A stretch of 64,000 nt of DNA, taken from NCBI GenBank assembly GCA_963790205.1, contig CAWBNQ010000014.1:256001-320000 (forward strand). Direction: 5' to 3'. Shown here in pieces: positions 58,293-64,000 of this stretch. A program made the position numbers and the translations under genes. Each line of letters starts with the position of its first letter. The stretch's first letter is position 1. Under the pieces are notes generated by a model that saw nothing but the letters and a program-made list of their open reading frames with translations, ran no database searches and was not told where the DNA came from. Source of the DNA: Nitrospirota bacterium. Its GTDB lineage: Bacteria > Nitrospirota > UBA9217.

Positions 58293-59315
58293 CTACGCAC
58301 CTTCGGGAAAGCCGCCAAATGCTTCAACATATTGACCGGGCCGCCACGAACCCCTTACCATGAGAATATTGAGACAATAGAGTTTGAAACCCAGTCCCTC
58401 AAGGGCCCTGACGAGCAAAGAATCCCTGGCCGTGACGCGCGTTTGACACGGCCTCTCGCCGAAGACTCCTACTGCATGGTGGAACAGGCCCTGAGCTTCC
58501 TCTTCTCCTTCGGCGACCAGGGGGCCAAGCTGCACCGATCGTGAGCCGGGAAGACACGCCAGAAATCCCCGGATCTGCGAGCGATCTCGATGGACAAAAA
58601 CCTTGCCCCATTTGACATAATAGGCAAGGTCTGGCCTGCGGTCCAGTTTGCTTCTTGGAATATCATAGGTGGATACCGCATCGAGGTCGTTCGTTGTTAA
58701 TTCACTTATTGTGACGCACGGATCCTTTCCCGTTCGTACGCCTGGATTCAGAAAGAGATCCAGCAGCTCCGTCACCGGCATGAAATCGAGTGAGTAATAC
58801 AAAGAAAAGGACGCAGGATTGAACGCCTCCTGGAAAAGTCTTAGGCTCTGCAGACCTTCCGCCCTCTTGAGAAGAGCGTTCATCAACTGTCGTCCGATTC
58901 CCTGTCCTTGAAAGGAGGGATCAACGGCAACAGGCCCAACGCCTCCAAGATCGCCCCGCGGATTGAGACAACAGATACCTACCGCACGATCTTCCACCTC
59001 GGCGATCAGGATTTCACCCGGACCATGGCGAAGCATGGCCCAGGCCCAGGATGTTCCTTCCTGCGCGCTCTGCATTCTCGGAGCGTATCCATGTTTCGAT
59101 GCACCGACAGTGTACGCCTTGAAGAGGATTTCTCCCGCCCGGTCCAGGTCCGCTCTGGTCATATTCCGTATCCGGGTCTGTACCTGCGCTTCCTGAACAC
59201 TGAGAATCGGCGGATTCTGGGGCTTTTCCGCAGGGTGCTCTCCGGCCAAATTGTCGCGATCATCGTATGTCATACGTGGTGATCTAACCGGACATCCAGG
59301 AAGAGGGACCAGCAT
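58293..59315 (-). CDS. Tandem-domain GNAT N-acyltransferase
   Basis: VGPVAVDPSFQGQGIGRQLM (motif A), SLYYSLDF; degenerate second domain with LGPLVAE. Start uncertain. Confidence 0.82.
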   Translation of the reverse strand: MLVPLPGCPVRSPRMTYDDRDNLAGEHPAEKPQNPPILSVQEAQVQTRIRNMTRADLDRAGEILFKAYTVGASKHGYAPRMQSAQEGTSWAWAMLRHGPGEILIAEVEDRAVGICCLNPRGDLGGVGPVAVDPSFQGQGIGRQLMNALLKRAEGLQSLRLFQEAFNPASFSLYYSLDFMPVTELLDLFLNPGVRTGKDPCVTISELTTNDLDAVSTYDIPRSKLDRRPDLAYYVKWGKVFVHRDRSQIRGFLACLPGSRSVQLGPLVAEGEEEAQGLFHHAVGVFGERPCQTRVTARDSLLVRALEGLGFKLYCLNILMVRGSWRPGQYVEAFGGFPEGA

Positions 59316-59386
59316 AGGGTTCCTCTGTTCTCCCTACGCCCGCCCTGCCGTCCATGCGTCGTTCGGGTCGTTCTTTCTTCGCCTGT

Positions 59387-60100
59387 TTACTGCGGGTCAA
59401 AGCCCGGCGACGATCTGCGGGCCCGGACGGGCCACATGAGCCACGTCCTCAGCTCGTCGCTCCGCTTGGGATGCAGCTCGGGCGGGGCGTTGAGATACAC
59501 CCCTTTTCCCCGGGTATTTCTGGTGATCGATACGCCGCTTCCAACAAGGCACTCGCTGGCGACCGTGACTTCCTCTTTCACGGTCGCATTCGCCCCGATA
59601 AAGCTGTATTTTCCCACCGTAACTCCGCCTAAGAGAACAGCGCCGGGAGCGATGAAGCAGTGATCCTTCAATACTGCATGGTGTCCGATGATCGCGCCGG
59701 ATGCCACGATCACGTTATTGCCGATCTCGGCAAAGGGGCCGATGATGGCTTTTTCCATGATGATGCAATTATCGCCCATCACCAGGCCCGGGTACGACGT
59801 AGCCGAGGAGCTGAGGTGCGTGATCAGCTGATATCCCTTGGTTTTCGCTTGAAAATACTTCTCTTCTCTTAACCTGTTGACCCTCTGAAAACTGAGAGGG
59901 ATGCTCATCTTGTACTCTGAAGGGGGAAACGAGGATTCAACGGTCTCGAAGGGAACAACAGGCAGCCCGAACAATTTCTCTTCCTTTATGTATTTGCGGT
60001 CTACGGTAAATGCAGCTACTTCATAGGGGGAGTCATGGGTCAGAAGAGCGTAAATATGCTCGGCAAATACACTGTTTCCAAAAATAACTACTTTTTCCAT
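59387..60100 (-). CDS. Left-handed beta-helix sugar acyltransferase (NeuD/PglD/VioB-like)
   Basis: Probable start MEKVVIFGNS (60100); hexapeptide repeats IGNNVIV, IGHHAVL, VGKYSFIGANATV. Confidence 0.85.
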   Translation of the reverse strand: MEKVVIFGNSVFAEHIYALLTHDSPYEVAAFTVDRKYIKEEKLFGLPVVPFETVESSFPPSEYKMSIPLSFQRVNRLREEKYFQAKTKGYQLITHLSSSATSYPGLVMGDNCIIMEKAIIGPFAEIGNNVIVASGAIIGHHAVLKDHCFIAPGAVLLGGVTVGKYSFIGANATVKEEVTVASECLVGSGVSITRNTRGKGVYLNAPPELHPKRSDELRTWLMWPVRARRSSPGFDPQ

Positions 60101-60227
60101 TTCAGCTTTCCTTTCATGAGGCGGTAAAACACTGAGTAAAGGCTGTTCGTTCCTGAACATGCTGGCAACGTGTGAGAGAAATAACCGGACACCTGTGCAG
60201 GACACATGCTTCAATCGGGAGCAGCCG

Positions 60228-61526
60228 TCACGCCTCCTGGTGTTCCCGGAACAGGGTCTTGATCTCTTGATCTTCACCAAGGTATTCCGTTGTCCATTTC
60301 AGCACGGGCTGCACAACGCCTGGCGCTCTGCCAAACCAGGAGCCTTGTCTTTCTCTCATGTCATGAATATTGATTGCCACCCGGCTTTCATAGCTATAAA
60401 TTATGGAGCTTATATCTTTTACAGCAAACACTACAAACCGATGTGAGCCGCTATTCAACAAATCGCCGGGGACAGAGCATATGCTGCGCAACTTACCTGC
60501 CGGCATCGGACGATTATTCGGCTTGCCTGTGGCAAAGGCAATAACTCCTTCCTCGGTATACAGGTAAAGGGCTATATGTAAATGCGCATCGGCAACCAAG
60601 TTCCAGAATTCTACTTCCACCTGAAATGGTGTCTCCATGGTCAGGGGATCGGACAGGCGGCCGTCCTGACGCAGCACACGCACACGGTGGAGCCGCACCA
60701 TGTCATTACCCGGCGCCTCACTGATGTCATCCCAGACCTCTTCAGACAGATCCGCGCCCTTCTCGTACCCTGACAGGTACCTTGTCACGATCTGCGCCGT
60801 CGGACCGTCCTCGACGATCCTTCCGCCGTCCACCCATATCACCCGCTCGCACAGGCTGTTCACGGCGATCATATTGTGGCTGATAAAGAGCACCGTCCGC
60901 CCGCCCTTTGCTGCGTCACCTATCTTGGCCAGACACTTTTTCTGGAAGGCGACATCGCCGACCGACAGGACTTCGTCAACCAGGAGGATCTCCGGCTCAA
61001 GATGAGCAGCCACGGCAAAGCCCAGGCGCACATACATGCCGCTGGAATAGCGTTTCACGGGAACTTCAAGGAACTTCTCGATCTCGGCAAAGTCGACGAT
61101 GGAGTCGAAATGACGGCGAATTTCCTCCTTCTTCATGCCAATGACGGCGCCGCTCAGGTAGATGTTTTCCCTCCCGGTCAGTTCAGGGTGGAAGCCGGTG
61201 CCCACTTCCAGCAGGGAACCGACCCGTCCGTAGATCTCGGCCCGGCCCGAAGTAGGCACGGTTATCCGGGAAAGGATCTTGAGCAGCGTGCTTTTCCCGG
61301 CCCCGTTCTGGCCAATGATGCCGACGATCTCACCCTGCCTGACCTCACAGGAAACATCTTTCAGTGCCCAGAAGGCGTTCTCGTTCCGATGAGGTCGTCC
61401 GATGTTCCGGAACAGGGATTTCAGACCGCTCGTAACCTGCTCGCGCAGGCTGTCGCTGCGGTATTTGGCTGCCGCGATATTATACTGTTTGGACAGGTTT
61501 TCGGCTCGAATCGTGATATCACTCAT
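60228..61526 (-). CDS. wzt: Polysaccharide ABC transporter ATP-binding protein with C-terminal Wzt_C domain
   Basis: FWALKDVS, GQNGAGKST, GFHPELTGRENI, YSSGMYVRLGF, LLVDEVLSVGD. Confidence 0.95.
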   Translation of the reverse strand: MSDITIRAENLSKQYNIAAAKYRSDSLREQVTSGLKSLFRNIGRPHRNENAFWALKDVSCEVRQGEIVGIIGQNGAGKSTLLKILSRITVPTSGRAEIYGRVGSLLEVGTGFHPELTGRENIYLSGAVIGMKKEEIRRHFDSIVDFAEIEKFLEVPVKRYSSGMYVRLGFAVAAHLEPEILLVDEVLSVGDVAFQKKCLAKIGDAAKGGRTVLFISHNMIAVNSLCERVIWVDGGRIVEDGPTAQIVTRYLSGYEKGADLSEEVWDDISEAPGNDMVRLHRVRVLRQDGRLSDPLTMETPFQVEVEFWNLVADAHLHIALYLYTEEGVIAFATGKPNNRPMPAGKLRSICSVPGDLLNSGSHRFVVFAVKDISSIIYSYESRVAINIHDMRERQGSWFGRAPGVVQPVLKWTTEYLGEDQEIKTLFREHQEA

Positions 61527-61607
61527 GAAATTCCCCTTATGAACTGCGATGCTGGACCCGATCCATAAGCAACGAATAAAGCTTTTTCCTCCCCGGTGAC
61601 CGCGGCA

Positions 61608-62498
61608 TTAAATAACATCGGCGAATGTCTGCTCCATCCGCTTGAAGTAAACGATTCCGCCCAACAGCAGTGCCAGCACCACGGATGAGCTGATTGCGAT
61701 CATCGTGAAGTCCGGGCTCCCCTTTCCGAGCAGCGCCCACCGGAAACCCTCGATCACCCCTGCCATGGGGTTCAGGCTGTAGAGCAACCGCCATTTCTGC
61801 GGGACCACGCTGACGGGGTATACTACGGGCGATGCGTACATCCAGACCTGGCTCAGGAAGGGTATGATGTAACTCACATCCCGGTACCTCACGTTGAGGG
61901 ACGAGAGCCAGAGCGTCATTGCCATGGCTGTCATGAAGGCGAGGCCCATAAACAGAGGCAGCGCCAATAATCCCCACGCGGGCGCGACGTGAAACCATGC
62001 CATCAGGGCCAGCAGCATCAGGAACGAGAGAAGGAAATCCACTGCAGGCGCGGCCGTAGCGGCGAGAGGGAGCAGCAATCGCGGGAAATAGATTTTCGTG
62101 ATCAGGTTGGAACTGCCGACCACGCTGTTCCCGCCGCGCGTAAGGACCTGCGAAAAGAATGTCCAGGGAAGCAGCCCGGCGTACGCAAAGACAGGATAGG
62201 GCACGCCGTCAGAGGGAATCTTGGCCAGAATGCCGAAGATCAGAGTAAATATGATCATGTTGATCAGCGGCTGGATCACGGCCCAGCTGGCCCCGATGGC
62301 CGTCTGCTTGTAGCGAACGATGATGTCCCGCCAGGCCATGAAGTAAAGCAGCTCCCGGTAGCGCCAGAGCTCGCCCAGGTCAAGCTGCAATAGCCTCTGG
62401 CGGGATTGAACTACCACTGAAGGTTTTTTCGATGTTCTTCCTGCTGCCAATTCCATTTCGTGCACCTCTTGTTCGGCGAAGTCCAATACCGGACTCAC
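61608..62498 (-). CDS. wzm: Polysaccharide ABC transporter permease
   Basis: LWRYRELL..MAWRDI.VRYKQT.IG..W..IQPL, KIYFPR, YRDV, LNPM. Confidence 0.95.
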   Translation of the reverse strand: MSPVLDFAEQEVHEMELAAGRTSKKPSVVVQSRQRLLQLDLGELWRYRELLYFMAWRDIIVRYKQTAIGASWAVIQPLINMIIFTLIFGILAKIPSDGVPYPVFAYAGLLPWTFFSQVLTRGGNSVVGSSNLITKIYFPRLLLPLAATAAPAVDFLLSFLMLLALMAWFHVAPAWGLLALPLFMGLAFMTAMAMTLWLSSLNVRYRDVSYIIPFLSQVWMYASPVVYPVSVVPQKWRLLYSLNPMAGVIEGFRWALLGKGSPDFTMIAISSSVVLALLLGGIVYFKRMEQTFADVI

Positions 62499-62599
62499 TC
62501 CGGATCACGGTTCATACTTGTTCGCTCTGCCGTACAAAAAAGATTCGGCATAGAAAGAAGTTCATGAGCTCGAACATCAGTTTTTTTGTCGCTTCTGTA

Positions 62600-62883
62600 A
62601 ATCAGCTTCATTCGGTTTGCCGATCTTCCTAATAAGAGATAGTATGTTCCTCACAGGCTTCATAGAGCACTTCCCTTCCTTCGACGCAAAACTTTGCCTT
62701 TAATGAGTCCGGGGGGGGGTCATAGATCCCGGCATGGAGCACCTCGCTGTTCCTCGATCTGATTCCCATTCCATGGGATTCATTCTTTTCCAAGATATAG
62801 ATGTTCAACTTCCCATCGGCCAGCTCCGAAGCAATTGCCAGACCGATCACGCCAGCTCCTATTATGACAACATCCGAGTCCAA
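62600..62883 (-). pseudogene. N-terminal remnant of FAD-dependent oxidoreductase (L-2-hydroxyglutarate oxidase-like)
   Basis: IIGAGVIGLA, SRNSEVLHAGIY...SLKA..C.EG; stops at 84 aa, with RKIGK continuing in a shifted frame before homology ends. Confidence 0.8.
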
Positions 62884-62966
62884 TCATGCCTCCTTAACGT
62901 TTTTCCCTTTTACCCTGCTCATGCACAAAGACAACAGCTTCACAGTAAAACCTTCGCCTTCAGTCG

Positions 62967-64000
62967 TCAGCATTCGGCGACTGATCGCTTAAGTCTGAAA
63001 GCTTCGTCCTGGCCGTTGAGAAACCTGCAGATCTTCTCCCTATCCTTCTTCGAAAGGAGCTGGTGAGTAGGCAGGGTGAGTAGGCACTCGGCGATCTCTT
63101 TTGCAAAGGGGAACACCGTTCCGTTGAACTGGTCCCGGATCTCCTTGATCTCGTTTATTGGCGTGGGGTACATACGACTTATGCCGAGGCCTTTTCCCTG
63201 CGAAAGGGAGAAGACCCTCTCTTTTATCTTCCTGTTTTTAACTGCCAGGGGAAGCCTGAGAACAGGAAGGGGGCCGCCAGGGGCCGGCGGCAACCTCAGG
63301 TTGTCATTGAACCAGGCTGCATTTTTTTTCCGTATTTCGTTTGCCGGTTCGAGCCGTTTCCGGAAGTCCCGCAAAAGGCCTGCGTGCATTCCGGAAAGTT
63401 TCTTCATGGGGAATTCCGTATAAAATATGGTTTCTCCTAAATTAAGAAAAGGCAGTCCCGCGGGAAGCCAGTAGAGCGAAGGGCGGATAAAAATAGTAAG
63501 GAGCACAACCTTGACGAATTCCCTGATTACCTCTGCAACGCCGAAGTCTTCCAAAAGAGAATATTCCTTCTCAATCGCATGCGCGATAACATCAGAGTCC
63601 GTGACGATGAGCCCGCCAGACCCGCACGTGATGTTCTTTCCTCTCCCCAGGCTGAAGAATCCGACATCACCTATGGTTCCGAGTCTTTTACTTTTTCCCG
63701 CACCTCCCATTGCCTGAGCTGCGTCTTCAACCACGAAAATATTTTTACCTCTGCAGACATTTCTTACTTTTTCGATGTCCGATGGAATGCCGAAAAGGTG
63801 GTCAGGAATGACACAAAGCATATCGGCGTTAACGGCATCCTCAAGATGTTTGCCGTCGAAATCAAATGTGAAGGGATCGATATCGCAGAGTGAGACCTTT
63901 AGTCCTGCTTTTACGATCGCTGAGGGCACTGAAAAACAGGTGTAGGCCGGAATGAGCACCCGGGTCTTGTCCGGAGATAAGGACTTCAATGCCTTGAGGA
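62967..64000 (-). CDS. DegT/DnrJ/EryC1/StrS aminotransferase (5' end outside window)
   Basis: IPAYTC.SV, HLFGIP, VEDAAQAMG, FFSLGRGK; frame open to the window edge. Confidence 0.88.
   Translation of the reverse strand, partial: LKALKSLSPDKTRVLIPAYTCFSVPSAIVKAGLKVSLCDIDPFTFDFDGKHLEDAVNADMLCVIPDHLFGIPSDIEKVRNVCRGKNIFVVEDAAQAMGGAGKSKRLGTIGDVGFFSLGRGKNITCGSGGLIVTDSDVIAHAIEKEYSLLEDFGVAEVIREFVKVVLLTIFIRPSLYWLPAGLPFLNLGETIFYTEFPMKKLSGMHAGLLRDFRKRLEPANEIRKKNAAWFNDNLRLPPAPGGPLPVLRLPLAVKNRKIKERVFSLSQGKGLGISRMYPTPINEIKEIRDQFNGTVFPFAKEIAECLLTLPTHQLLSKKDREKICRFLNGQDEAFRLKRSVAEC

Noticed and set aside
35082..59315. Ordinary ectoine biosynthesis (ectABC)
   Set aside because: No class III aminotransferase EctB, the GNAT is two-domain rather than EctA-like, and the cupin is about three times EctC length.
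28737..60280. Long N-terminal extensions in the ORF track (starts 28814, 36296, 38031, 42792, 47011, 51614, 60280)
   Set aside because: They run through repeats, spacers or neighbouring genes; downstream starts fit RBS and homology better.
62705..62725. G9 tract as a phase-variation switch
   Set aside because: The host gene is truncated regardless of tract length.
1..64000. rRNA, tRNA, riboswitch or ops/JUMPstart element
   Set aside because: None recognised by eye; a covariance-model search would be needed to exclude them.

Overview
This window lies inside one very large, entirely minus-strand cell-surface glycan locus of a Gram-negative bacterium; the protein styles suggest a Geobacter/Nitrospirota-like anaerobe, which is inference only. 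It contains about 12 GT2/GT4 glycosyltransferase genes, Wzm/Wzt, an O-antigen-ligase-family protein, WecB, two sugar aminotransferases, two methyltransferases, a polyprenol-phosphate synthase/flippase/GT-C trio and several decayed genes. Two unusual systems are interleaved with these genes. (1) A split natural-product-type module: adenylation enzyme, carrier protein, AnaB/PltE-like prolyl-PCP dehydrogenase, an ectoine-synthase-like cupin, a DesI/VioA-like aminotransferase and two acyltransferases. It plausibly builds an N-heterocyclic (pyrrole/aminopyrroline-type) acyl group for an amino sugar of the surface glycan. (2) Six very large secreted modular proteins assembled by domain shuffling, three ending in dockerin-like domains, encoded next to a cohesin-like protein and a candidate anchoring lipoprotein, suggesting a cellulosome-like surface complex. 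An AT-rich radical SAM gene bounded by ~53-bp inverted repeats interrupts the acyl module. All family calls come from manual motif recognition; no searches were run.
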